NCBI GenBank assembly: GCA_963514005.1
Contig: OY740804.1
Coordinates: forward strand, 5,890,001-5,954,000
Reading direction: 5' to 3'
Origin: Raja brachyura
Taxonomy: Eukaryota
Length of the DNA: 64,000 nt
Under the pieces are notes generated by a model, which ran no database searches, was not told the origin of the DNA, and worked only from the letters and a program-made list of their open reading frames with translations. Positions 51,230-64,000 of this stretch are shown one piece after another. Position numbers and translations under genes: made by a program. The stretch's first letter is position 1, and every line of letters starts with the position of its first letter.

Positions 51230-52590
51230 AGTTGGTCAGGTGGGCTGAGGAATGGTTGATGAAATTTAATACAGAGAAATGTGTGGTGTTGCAATTTGGG
51301 ATGTCTAACAAGGGCAGGACCTACACCGTGAATGTTAGGCCTCTGGGGGAGTGTTGTAGAGCAGAGGGATCGAGGAGTGGAGGTGCATGGTTCCTTCAAG
51401 GTTGAATTGCAGGTAGATATGGCGGTCAAAAAGGCTTTTGGCACTCTGGCCTTCATCAGTCGGAGTATTAAGTATAGAAATTGGGAGGTTATGTTGCAAT
51501 TGTATAAGATGTTGGTGAGACTGCATTTGGAGTATTGTGTCCAGTTCTGGACACCATGTTATAGGAAAGATATTGTCAAGCTTGAAAGAGTTCAGAGAAG
51601 ATTTATGAGGGTGTTGCCAGATCTAGAGGGTCTGAGCTATAGGCAGAGGTTGAGTAGGCTGGGGGACTATTCCTTGGAATGCAGGAGGATGTGGGGTAAT
51701 CTTATAGAGGTGTATAAAATCAAAGGAATAGATCGGGTAGATGCACAGAATCTCTTGCTCAGTGTGGGTGATTTGAGGACCAGAGGACGTAGGTTCAAGG
51801 TGGAGGGGGAAAGATTTAACAGGAATCTGAGGGGTAACTTTTTCACACAAAAGGTGGTGGATGTATGGAATAAGTCAAGTCAATTTTATTTCTATAGCAC
51901 ATTTTAAAACCACTTTCGTTGACCAAAGTGCTTTACATTGGTGCAGGTACTAACGTGTTACAAACAGTGGTACATAGATCAACCATACATACATAGATAC
52001 ATACATACAGCGCTCCCTCAGAGGACCTCAAGAAAGGCTTGAGAGTAGAAATAAGTGTTAAGTCTAGACTTAAAAGAGTCGATGGAGGGGGCAGTTCTGA
52101 TGGGAAGAGGGATGCTGTTCCATAGTTTAGGAGCTGCAACCGCAAAAGCGTGGTCGCCCCTGAGCTTATGCCTAGACCGCGGGATGGTCAGTAACCCCAA
52201 GTCGGCCGATCTGAGGGACCTGGTGGTGGCATGGTGGGTAAGCAGATTTTTGATGTAGGTGGGGGCAAGCTCGTTAAGGGCTTTGTACACATAAAGAAGG
52301 AGCCTGAAATTGATTCAGAACCGCAAAGGGAGCTCGTGGAGAGAGGCCAGAATCGGGGTGATGTGGTCCCTTTTTCGGGTGCCCGTCAGGAGTCTCACTG
52401 CGGCCTTTTGGACCAATTGCAGGCGGGACTGGGATGATTGGCTGATGCCAGTGTAAAGGATATTGGCTGCCAGAGGACTATCCCAGCGTTCAAGAAACAG
52501 TTAGACAGGTACATGGATAGGACTAGTTTGGAGGGATATGGACCACAAGCAGGCAGGTGGGACTAGTGTAGCTGGGACATGTTGGCTGGT
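51230..52590 (+). mobile_element. CR1 3' fragment interrupted by a - strand L2-like fragment (~51873-52460)
   Basis: ORF 51332-51907 (HLEYCVQFW) and ORF 52018-52290 (AFAVAAPKLWNSIP). Confidence 0.88.
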
Positions 52591-53039
52591 GCCAGTGTAG
52601 CCAAATAGTATTCATTGGCTCCAAAATATTGAAGCTGTTTACCAATATCAAATGAGAGGCCGATAAACGGAAGGCATAGCTCCTCTAAAGGAAGGCATGG
52701 CTTTGCAGTATGTATTGAAACCATGGGTCTGGGTGGGAGTTCCAAAATATAGGGTCACCATGGAGTCGAAGCAAAGATTACAACTGCTAATTATTATTTT
52801 GTAAATCTCACATATTACTCAAGTAGAAGCAAATCTTAACATTCAAAACATTCTTGTTAACCTTTAGTCCATTTTGAAATTGAGAATCGCAAAGCTGGTG
52901 GAAAATGTTTTGGCCTTATTGAAATAAGATTCAAATCCGATGTGATTTCAATTTGATGTTGGGATTTGACAGTGATCTATTGGAAAATTAAACCCGCTCA
53001 TCTTGCACTATCAACTTTTCTCCTCTTTTTCTGTTGCAG

Positions 53040-53181
53040 AATCATTCACGAAGATGGATATTCTGAAGAGGAGTGCAAGCAATATAAAGCAGTGGTTTAT
53101 AGCAATACAATTCAGTCTATCATTGCTATTATCAGGGCCATGGGGCGGTTGAAGGTTGATTTTGAAGATTCATCAAGAGCT
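53040..53181 (+). CDS. gnai3: gnai3 exon 3 (142 nt)
   Basis: [12 protein letters not shown]...DSSRA; ttgcag / gtgagt. Confidence 0.97.
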
Positions 53182-54035
53182 GTGAGTTTCAGTCTGCATG
53201 GTTTTTTTTATACTGCTGAGCTGAAGGGCATTAAATGTTATGGGGCGAAAGCAGGAGCATGGGGTTGTGAGGGGAAAATAGATTAGCCATGATCGAATGA
53301 TGGACCAAACTTGATGGGCTGAATGGCCTTATTCTGCTCCTATGTCTTATGAACTGTTTCAAGGCTGCATTAAATACTGTGGCTGTAATTCTTTGGGGGA
53401 AATTTCAACAAAAATAAGCATTGTTTTCTATCTTTAGTTGACTTGGGTGGGCAGGTATGGATAGCAAGTAAGGACCCAATCAAGCCAAGTCATTGTCTTT
53501 TCACATGTCAAGCAGGTCGCTAACACTTGCTATATAAATAATAGTACCTTGTATATGTTGCCAGTGAACAGAACCTTTCAAATCTTACCCAGGAGTGAAT
53601 CTGTGCCATTAACAAGAGAAAAATGATAGTACTTGCTGTAGCATTGTAAACAAACTGTGGCCAACATTCATAACAGAAATTGTTGGATATTCTTGCAACT
53701 ATATGGTCTAGCACCATCCATAATTTTATGAACAGAAAATACTTTTTATTTTGCTAAGGACACTGGAATAGCTAATGATAAAACTACAATTTTTACCATT
53801 CTAAATTAACTTAAGTTAAGTAATATTGTGTATGCAACTGAAGAAATATGATATGTCCACAGGTTATAATTGAACATCTTGCCGTGAAAGTGTTTTGATT
53901 TAGCAAACTAATTTTGATGCTATTGTTGTGTTACATTGAATGATGGTGGAAAAAAATGTCTTGTGTTTAAATGAACAGTTTTGTGTCTGCTTTAATAAGT
54001 TCTCATCACCCTAAAGCATTTTTGTTTGTACGTAG

Positions 54036-54193
54036 GATGATGCACGCCAATTGTTTATTCTAGCAGGGACCACAGAGGAAGGAAACATGACAGCAGAACT
54101 TGCCGGAGTTATCAAGCGGTTGTGGCAAGATAGTGGTGTTCAAGCTTGTTTTGGTAGATCTAGAGAATATCAGCTGAATGACTCTGCATCGTA
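54036..54193 (+). CDS. gnai3: gnai3 exon 4 (158 nt)
   Basis: DDARQLF...[10 protein letters not shown]; cgtag / gtaagt. Confidence 0.97.
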
Positions 54194-55391
54194 GTAAGTA
54201 TGGTCATCATTACTATAAATCAAAGTTCTTGTATCTAGTACATTAATAAATTGGCATTTAGTTCATCTACCTGATACAGATTAAATGAAAATTGAAAGCT
54301 TCGAGAAATCTTGGAGAGTTTGGCTGTAGGAATAGAATTAGGCCATTCAGCCCATCAAGTATACTCCGCCATTCAATCGGACTGATCTATCTCTCCCTCC
54401 TAACCCCATTCTCCTGCCTTCTCCCCATAACCTTTGACACCTGTACTAATCAAGAATCTATCTAAGTCTTTAAAAATATCCACTGACATGGCCTCCACAG
54501 CCTCCTGTGGCAAATAATTCCACAGATTCATCACATAAAGACATTTCTCCTTGCCTCCTGAAAAGAATGTCCTTTAATTCTGAGGCTATGACCTTTAGTC
54601 CTAGACTGTCTCACTAGTGGAAACATCCTCTCCACATTCACTCTATCCAAGCCTTTCTTGGTGAAAGTCAAATCTTGATGACATTTACTGCAAAAGATTC
54701 ACAACACATAACATAAGCTATCTCTGGTCAGTTGGAAATTGCAAAACTATTTGTTACTGTTTTTATTTGGAATGCAAATATTGCTTGGATTAGATTTTAA
54801 CCAAGGTCCCTCTGCTTGTGCAGCTGTCTAGAATAACCAGTGTTTATTCTCGTATACCATCCCCTTTACACTGTTCAAAGGAAAACATGACCCTGATATC
54901 TTAGATAATATTCTTCCATGGATGGTCAAAACAAAAACAAATTTTCTTCATTTGGTATTATTATTATAACTATAAAGTACTTTTGGTGTCATGTGCCACT
55001 GTTGCAATGCATTAAACACAAGTTTTTTTAAAACTCATTGACCACCTCACCAGAGACAGGAATGGTACTTAGATGCACAAACAAATTACTTTCCCAATTG
55101 CTAAGTATAGTTATATTTGGCTAATCAGAGTGAAAACCCTAAATGCACGAGTAACCTGATGTTTTGTTTTGAATATATTATTGGAGATGTACTTATTTTG
55201 CAATCAATCAGTCTTGATATTTTATACTTGCAATCTGTCTGAAGAAGGGTCTCAACCTGAAACATCACCCATTCCTTCTCTCCATAGATGCTGCCTGTCC
55301 CGTTGAGTTCCTCAGCATTTTGTGTCTATCTTCTACTTATTTTGCAAAGGAACTGTTGGTTACTTTCACTTCATTTATAGCTGGAAAATAG

Positions 55392-55658
<267 letters not shown>

Positions 55659-58339
55659 TGAGTAATATTGTTCTTTAATCACATTGAAGTGCATGTTATT
55701 AATGTACTAACTATAAAATGTGGTATTTCAGTCATAAAACTGTGTCAATCTTGTTTTTTTACTTTAATCACCTGTGTAAATATAAAATTACTGAATCTTG
55801 CTATAATAGTATTCTTCACAATGAGGATAATTTTCTTTAAACACCTTGATCAGACGGTGATATGCAGTGATAAGTATATTTGGGTAGTAGTCTAAAATAG
55901 CATATAGTGAATTATCTCCTTACAATCAGGGAAGGAGAAAAGTAGAATGAACGACAAAGAGAATTTGAGGTTGTGCTGAAGAGGCAAAGGGTTTTTTTAA
56001 CGTAGGGGCTCCAGGAGGGGGATGCATTATAACGAAAGATGACTTTGGGATTTTGTCATTGAAAATTGACCATTGCCAGATTAAGAGTGTGAAATGCATA
56101 ACCATTCTTTACCACGAGATAGAAAACTAATAGTGCACCCAATCTTTGTAAGAATTGTCTAGTGTTAGTTTAGGTGTCTCTTGGTGTGTGTTGGGGGGGG
56201 GATGGACTTACCATCAGGAGTCTGGGATCCCTTGCCGGGGATCGCCAGAGAAGAGCTGTAACATCCTGAAGCCGGGGTCTCCGGTAGGAAAGTGCCGATT
56301 CCGGACCTCCAACCCGCGGAGTGTGTATGACCATCCCGACGTCGGAGTTTCGATCATCCCGACGAGAGGGCCTTACATTGGGCCGTCCGTAGCGGCGAGT
56401 ACGGAGGGTGTATGGCCCCGACCACGAGTGAACAAAGAAGGAGGACTGGCTGAACTTTATTGCCTTTCACCACAGTGAAGAATGCTGTGGTGGATGTTTG
56501 TGTTACATCTTATTGTGTGTTCTTTTTAAGTTTATTGCTGCTGGCAAATTCATTTCACTACACCTTCGGGTATATGTGACGAATAAAATTGACTTTGAAG
56601 AATTGATGAATGAAAGAAGACCATGCCTCATCTACTTTGGCTTTTATAGTTAATAATGCAATGGTAATTGAGTCAGCAGAGGATCCAGAATTACTCAAAT
56701 CCCTAGAGGAGGAATGGTAGGATACCCCCAAATGTATTGCAATAACACAAGTATTTCAAGTTGATTCAAGTTTATTCGTCACATACACATACAATACCAT
56801 ACCGTTTATTGTCATTTGAACCTCATTGAGGTTCAAACAAAATTTAGTTTCTGCAGTCATACGAGATGTGCAGTGAAATGAAGATGCACAAGATTAACAG
56901 TGACTTGATCATATGGATTCAGAATTTGCTTACTTATCGTAGACAGAAGGTTGTGGTGGAAGGACAATATCCAGGCTGGATATGCAGGGAATGAAGGATA
57001 GGAATTATGTACATGCATATAAAAATTTACCTAGGCATAATGTTGGCACAGATGTTGCGGGCCAAAGTGCATGTTCTTTTGACCTATACTATTCTATGTT
57101 CATTGAAAAATGGTAGACGATCTATCTCTGGAAAAATTTAATTTGAGTCAAGGTACCTTTGAAAACCTAAAAATTGTTGTCCCTAGGATAATGTACTGGA
57201 AATCTGTAGGAATCACTTAAACCTTCCTTTCTGAACATGTCACCTTGGGTATAGGAATGTCATTGAAAGTCTGCACAATATAAAATTACCAATTGTACAT
57301 TTTATTGCCAAGAATGGCATAAATTCAATTTTACGAGATTATTGACTTCAGTGACTTGCTCTTTTGTTAAAGTGTTGTCAAAGTTAATTACAAATATAAA
57401 ATGGTAACAAAACAGGCAGTATCCATTCGACCTATTAAGAATGTGAAGGTTCTCTACAAGAACATAGCAGTCTGAAGAAGGGTCTCGACCCGAAATGTCG
57501 CCCATCTCCTTCGCTCCTTAGATGTTGCTGCACCCGCTGAGTTTCTCCAGCTTTTTGTGTAGCAGTTATTATAATTCCCCAGACATGCATTTAAAAAAAC
57601 CTAGCATTTATTTCTGCACCCCATCCCCCTCCAACTCCCCCAAGTATTAATCAAGTCAATACTGGCTCGATCAAAGAAATCTAGCTGGTCTTATCCCTCT
57701 AATCCACTCCCCATTATCATGCAATTTCTTTCCTTTCTTGTAGTTGTCTACTTTCCTGTGAGTGCTACAATAAATCTGCTTCTTTCTACCAGTGGCAGTG
57801 TATTCTGAAGCCAACAAGACTGATGATGAGCCTCGACCGACAACTTCACCCATTCATTCTATCCAGAGATGCTGCCAGTCCTGCTGAGTTACTCCAGCAT
57901 TTTGTGTCTATCTTCTGAGGAAAAGTTTAGTTATTTTCCTACTTGCCTTCATTCCATATCACCTGTTTCTTAAACCCTCCACCAATCAAACATTTTTTCC
58001 TCTATTTACTATCTATAACTTTCATAACTTTACACATCTCAGATCAAATATTGTAGTTCCAAGATCAACTGCAGCTTCCACAGTTTGTCCATTAATTAAA
58101 CTCCTTCATTAAGGAATAATCTTATTACATTTCTTTTGCATGCCCTAAAGCCTTTTACATCATCCCTGAAGTGCAGTGCTGGGATAGGATACACTACTTA
58201 AATTGTGGCTGAGTTCGTTTTTTTAATAAATTTTCATGATGACATTCATTTATACTGCCTCTCTTTAAAGGCAAGAAGTATCCTTGCTTTTTAAAACACT
58301 TATTTCAATTAACCTTGCCACTTTCAGTGCACGTATCAG

Positions 58340-58955
58340 TATTCAGTATTTATTTTAATGTCATTTTAACTGAGTACTTACATACACAGAAGAAACTGAA
58401 AAATTGTTTCTCAATCAGTTCCCATCAGTGCAGTTAGTAAAAACAGAATAAATACATACGTTAATGTTACATTTTTTTAAAAGTTGTATCTAAAAGTAGG
58501 CCTAAAATTTTTACCAAAAAAACAAACATTCAGACCGAACAGTGGCATGCGTTGACAGGTGCCTAGCTGTAAAAGTATAGACGAGGTTAGAAGTGTTGGT
58601 GTATGATGTGTGGGGAGGGGACACAGTCCGTTAACCAGTCTTATTAACTGTGGGAAGAAGCTGTGTAGCATTCTGCTGGTTCTGCAGCTGATGCTCCTGT
58701 ACCTCTTCCCAGATGGCAGAATGGAGAAGATGTTGTGTGATGGGTGATAGGGGTCCTTAATAATGGAGATGGCTTTGCGGATGCTACGCTTCTGATAGAT
58801 CTCGAACAGGAAAGAAAGTGGAGCACCAATGATCCTACTGGCTGTCTTCACTATCCTGTTAAGTTGTTTTTGTTCATAAGCCTTGCAGCTCCCAAACCAG
58901 GAAGTGATGCCGTAGGTCAATATACTCTCGATGGTGCCCCTGTAGAAGGCCAAGA
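58340..58955 (-). mobile_element. Rex1/Babar-like LINE 3' end
   Basis: FYRGTIESILTYGITSWFG, LPSGKRYRS. Confidence 0.85.
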
Positions 58956-59439
58956 CTTATAATCATGGGACCTCATTTTGGTCCTTGTATCCCTTCTAGT
59001 ATGGTGCCACAAATTCATATAGTAATTTTTCTTACCCACCTGTTACATTTCTGTGTATTAAATATAAGCTGCCACGTATCTACCGACTTCGCCAGCTACT
59101 CTATATTTAACTAAAGATAATTATGATTCTCTTCTGTTTACTAGCTTTGTGCTATCTGCAAGATTAGCGATGATGTTCTATAATGCTATCGGTAAAATAA
59201 ATTTTATATGCTAAGTATAGGTTACTGCAGTATCAATGTAGGAATAAACGCTTCTAATATCAGATATTTCAGAAAGATGTCTTGTATGTTCAGTATTGGT
59301 CTTCGTTGCATAGAATTTGAGCTGTTTAAAAACTTGCATGTTGATATTTTAAACTTGCTGCATCAAGCTGTTTTCTAAAATGTACAGATGACACAAGTAT
59401 TCTGTTGACTCTTGTTTGGAAAGATTTTTACAAGGTTAA

Positions 59440-59667
<228 letters not shown>

Positions 59668-60137
59668 TAGACCAAGGTTGACTACTTATTTGCAGGATTT
59701 TTCAAACTGGCTGCTGTAATGGTGTAAATGCTGAAGCTGTGTGTTATAGAATTTAAGGTTACTGACATTTTCTTTTTAAATTGACAAATGAACTTCAGAA
59801 ATACAACTGACATTGAGATCGATACTTTTAATTTAAAAAAAGGATTCATTGTTGATTCTTGATGATTGGCATGCCAACTGGCCTTGTACATTTATCGGCT
59901 ACGCTCCTAACAGATAAATGTCCAATTGATATCAAGTACCATGGAATGATTTAGGAATTTGGTGGGGAGGGGGGTGGGGCTTACAATTTATGATTCTGAG
60001 AAGCATTTAGACAATTTTAAATATTGTTTCGAATTTTTTGTTAGATTATATCAAGAGTATTTAATAAATTTATTCAGGGAATAATAAATTAAAATGATGA
60101 TCACTGCGTGCCTATTTTAATGTACAAGCTTGTTTAA

Positions 60138-60338
<201 letters not shown>

Positions 60339-60432
60339 TAATCAAATTTGGATTTAGTGATTTACTTGCATGAGTTTTGTGTATTAATCTACCTAAACTT
60401 CATACACTCACAGACAGGAAGCAGTATGTTAA

Positions 60433-60740
60433 GCCCCTGTCCCACTTTCCCGAGTTACTCACGAATTCCACCGAGTTTTCCCCTTGCTTCAAACTCGGAG
60501 AATGTCCGTAGCGAGGCCATAGGTGTCCATAGATATTTTGTAGCGGCATGTAATGCCAGCCGTAGGTACTCAGGGCATCGGGTAAGTCGGGACGTTTTTT
60601 CAGTATGTTGAAAAATGTCCACGTGTTAAAAACAATAGCCCAGAGTACCTACGGCTGGCTATTGCCGTAATTCTCCGAGTTTGAATCCAGGGGAACACTC
60701 GGGAGAATTTGTGAGTAACTAGGGAAAGTGGGACCGGGGC
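60433..60740. mobile_element. PIF/Harbinger-like MITE
   Basis: TIR gcccctgtcccactttcc, TAA on both flanks. Confidence 0.75.
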
Positions 60741-60783
60741 TAACTGTCCTGATAATGTGCATCTGGAAGTGTTAAGACTGTGA

Positions 60784-61105
60784 AAGCCCTGTCCCACGGT
60801 ACGAGTTAATTCCAAGAGCTCTCCCGAGTAAAAAAAAAAAAAAAATCAAACTGGTGGTAAGCACGGAGAATGAACGTAGTGGGTACATCGGAGCTCGGGG
60901 ACGTCTCTTAGCGCTAACGGCAGGTACTCGGGAAGACTCGCTAACGGCAGATAAGTACGGGAAGACTCGTGAAGATTTTTCAACATGTTGAAAAATGTCC
61001 ATGAGAGCCCCGAGTACCGACGAGTGGCCATTACCGTAAATATCCGAGTTCGAATCAGGGTAAACTCGAGCTCTTGGAATGAACTCGTACCGTGGGACAG
61101 GGCTT
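60784..61105. mobile_element. PIF/Harbinger-like MITE (related family)
   Basis: Perfect TIR aagccctgtcccacggtacgagtt; flanks TGA/TAA. Confidence 0.75.
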
Positions 61106-61339
61106 TAACATTGTACAATTTCAGTTACCATCCAAGACATTTAGCATTTTTGCATATTGTGACCCTGTTATTCATATTCTATTATCAAAGCAAAATGTTG
61201 ATAATAATCGAATATGAATAACAGGATCACATTCAAAACTAAATTTTACTGGTTGTATCTATGAATTTACACTTCTATCAGAAATGGTAGAGATTCCTAT
61301 TAGCTGTCTAACGCAAAAAGAACTCTTCACCACATCTAA

Positions 61340-61534
<195 letters not shown>

Positions 61535-62212
61535 AACATATTAACAGTGTGTCCAGGTAAGAACTTTGAGCTAACTGCAGATTTACTACATACATGCAAA
61601 ATATTTTATTTCTACTGGTTTATTTTTGCATTGGAAATGGGGTGAAGAGGGAGCTGGAATTGACTAAATGTATCAACTTGGCATTTTTAAACAATGAACT
61701 GCTGAATGGAAAGTGTTGTTTTGTTCTGTCCTACCTTAATTTGAAACTGAACAAAACTACTTTTCTCTTTAAAAGGTATTTTGTTACTGCAAAGGATCCT
61801 GCGAGATGGCCATCTTATTCCCTGGTTATGCTGCCTGCCAAATTGGGAAAGAACCTTGAAGAAATATGGCTGTCATGTGTCAAAATTGCATGCAAGATAT
61901 TAATTTGATATTAATTGTGTTAAGGACCATTTTTAAAACTGCATTTTAAGCTGAAACCAATAAGTACATGCCTGTCCTGATTCAGACCCAGTGTTCAAGA
62001 AAGTTCTTCACATTCCTTTATAATTAATTTGATTACCTAAGTGTTGATAAGATTGATGGCCACTAGTTTTATTTCTCTTGATGCCATTTCATTAAGTGTT
62101 CTGATGTCCATTTGTTGCCATTTATATTTAAACTTTTGTATCATCATGAATCGTTGAAATTTGTTTTTACCACAAATAGGCTTTTGCTGATTCTGAAGGA
62201 TCTGTATTCGTA

Positions 62213-63813
62213 CAGTGCCCTCCATAATGTTTAGGACAAAGACCCATCATTTGTTTATTTGCCTCTGTACTCCACAATTTAAGATTTGTACTAGAAAAAT
62301 TCACATGAGGTTAAAGTGCACATTGTCATATTTTATTAAAGGCCATTTTTATACATTTTGGTTTCACCGTGTAGAAATTACAGCCCACTTTAGGGCACCA
62401 TAATGTTTGGGACACAGCAATGTCATGTAAATGAAAGTCATGTTTAGTATTTTGTTGCATATTGTTTGCATGCAATGACTCTTGAAGTCTGCGATTCATG
62501 AACATCACCAGTTTCTGGGTGTCTTCTCTGGTGATGCTCTGTCATGCCTATATTACAGCCATTTTTAGCTTTTGCTTATTTTGGGGGCTAGTACCCTTCT
62601 CTTCAGCATATAAAAGGCATGCTCAATTGGATTCAGATTGGGTGATTGACGTGGCCACTCAAGAATTTACCATTTTTTAGCTTTGAAAACTCCTTTGTTG
62701 CTTTCGATTTTTGGGATCATTGTCTTGCTGTAGAATGAATTACCAGCCAATGAGTTTTGAGGCATTTGTTTGAACTTGAACAGAGAGGTTGTGTGTATAC
62801 TTCAGAATTCATTATGCTCCTACAATCAGCAGTTGTATCATCAATGAAGAGAAGCGAGCCAGTACCTTCAGCAGCCATACATGGCCAGGCCATAACACGC
62901 CCCCTCCCTCCCCACCGTGTTTCAGAGATGAGGTGGTATGCTTTGGATCTTGGGCAGTTCCTTCTCGCTTCCATACTTTGCTCTTGCCATCACTCTGATA
63001 GAAGTTATTCTTTGTCTCATCTGCCCAACACATTTTTCCAGAACTGTGGTTGCTCTTTTAAGTACTTCTTGGCAAGCTAACCTGGCCATCCTATTTTGTG
63101 GCTAACCAGTGGTTTGCATCTTGTAGTGTAGCCTCTGTATTTCTGTTTGTGAAGTCTTCTGCAGACCGTGGTCATTGACAAATCCACATCTGACTCCTGA
63201 AGAGTATTTCTGGTCTGTCAGACAGGTGTTTGGGAATTTTCCTTCATTATAGAGAGAATTCCTCTGTCATCAGCTGTGGAGGTCTTCCTTGGCCTGCCAG
63301 TGCCTTTGCGATTAGTAAGCTCACCTGTGCTCTCTTTCTTCTTAATGATGTTCCATACAGTTGATTTTGGTAAGCCTAAGGTTTGGCTGATGTCTCTAAC
63401 ATTTTTATTCTTGTTTCTTGGTCTCATAATGGCTTCTTTGATTTTCATTGGCACAACTTGGGTCCTCGTGTTGATAAATAGCAATAAAAGTTTCCAAAGG
63501 TGATGGAAAAGACTAGTTGCTGGGAGCTCTCTTATACCTGCATTTAGGAGGCAATTAAACACAACTGAGCAATTACAAACACCTGTGAAGCCATGTGTCC
63601 CAGCATTATGGTGCCCTGAAATGTGGGGACTATGTATAAACACAGCTCTACATGGTGAAACCCAAAATGTGTAAAAGTGGCCTTTAATAAAATCTGACAA
63701 TGTGCACTTTAACCACCTGTCATTTTTTTTTCTATTACAAATTTCAAATCGTGGAGTACAGAGGCAAAAAAATAAATTATGTTTTTTTGTTCCAAACATT
63801 ATGGAGGGCACCG
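62213..63813 (-). mobile_element. Full-length, defective Tc1/mariner element with ~200-bp IR/DR-type TIRs
   Basis: ta-cagtgccctccataatg...cattatggagggcaccg; GRPRKT, WADETK, KHGG motifs; internal direct repeat near 62395. Confidence 0.93.
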
Positions 63814-64000
63814 AGTGAAATCTTAGTTTTTTATGTATCTTGGTATCTTGACTACCTGGAAAGAGAACCAAGTTCTGCAGAACACAATTTCTGTTGCTAA
63901 CACAATGTAAAGTATATTTGTCCATCTCTAAAACAGTATTAAGATCGAGAGAATAATATAGTAGTGTGATCCAGTATTTACTTAAATTCTCAGCAGCTTT

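Overview
This is eukaryotic, repeat-rich vertebrate DNA. The repeat families (HE1/V-SINE-like SINEs, CR1 LINEs, abundant Penelope-like elements) and the Ig gene type suggest a cartilaginous fish, probably a skate or ray (inference). Right half: a complete 8-coding-exon G-protein alpha-i gene (+, CDS 36088-61534, 1065 nt, 354 aa, C-terminus [10 protein letters not shown] = GNAI3 type) with a CpG-island promoter. Left quarter: the end of a tandem cluster of CD300/pIgR-like (MDIR-like) Ig-superfamily receptor genes. It contains one near-complete + strand copy (leader 5673, V 7608, C2 9218, putative stalk, TM 10206, short tail 12132), the 3' end of a preceding paralog (1-1382), and inverted decayed relics on the - strand (leader 16572-16527, two C2 pseudo-exons 17254-17714). 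Both + copies share the same in-frame TGA in a putative stalk exon just before the TM exon. The most pervasive unexplained structure is more than 25 copies, on both strands, of a minimal hammerhead-ribozyme motif (CTGAAGA-A-GGGTC-TC-GACCC-GAAAC-GTC). It is carried by Penelope pseudo-LTRs and by ~100-160 bp non-autonomous derivatives, some with clear target-site duplications. Other mobile DNA: CR1, Rex1/L2, a full-length LINE with an L1-type ORF1 nested in a Tc1, hAT, Tc1, Harbinger-like and P-like MITEs. Exon coordinates were counted by hand; repeat boundaries are approximate.
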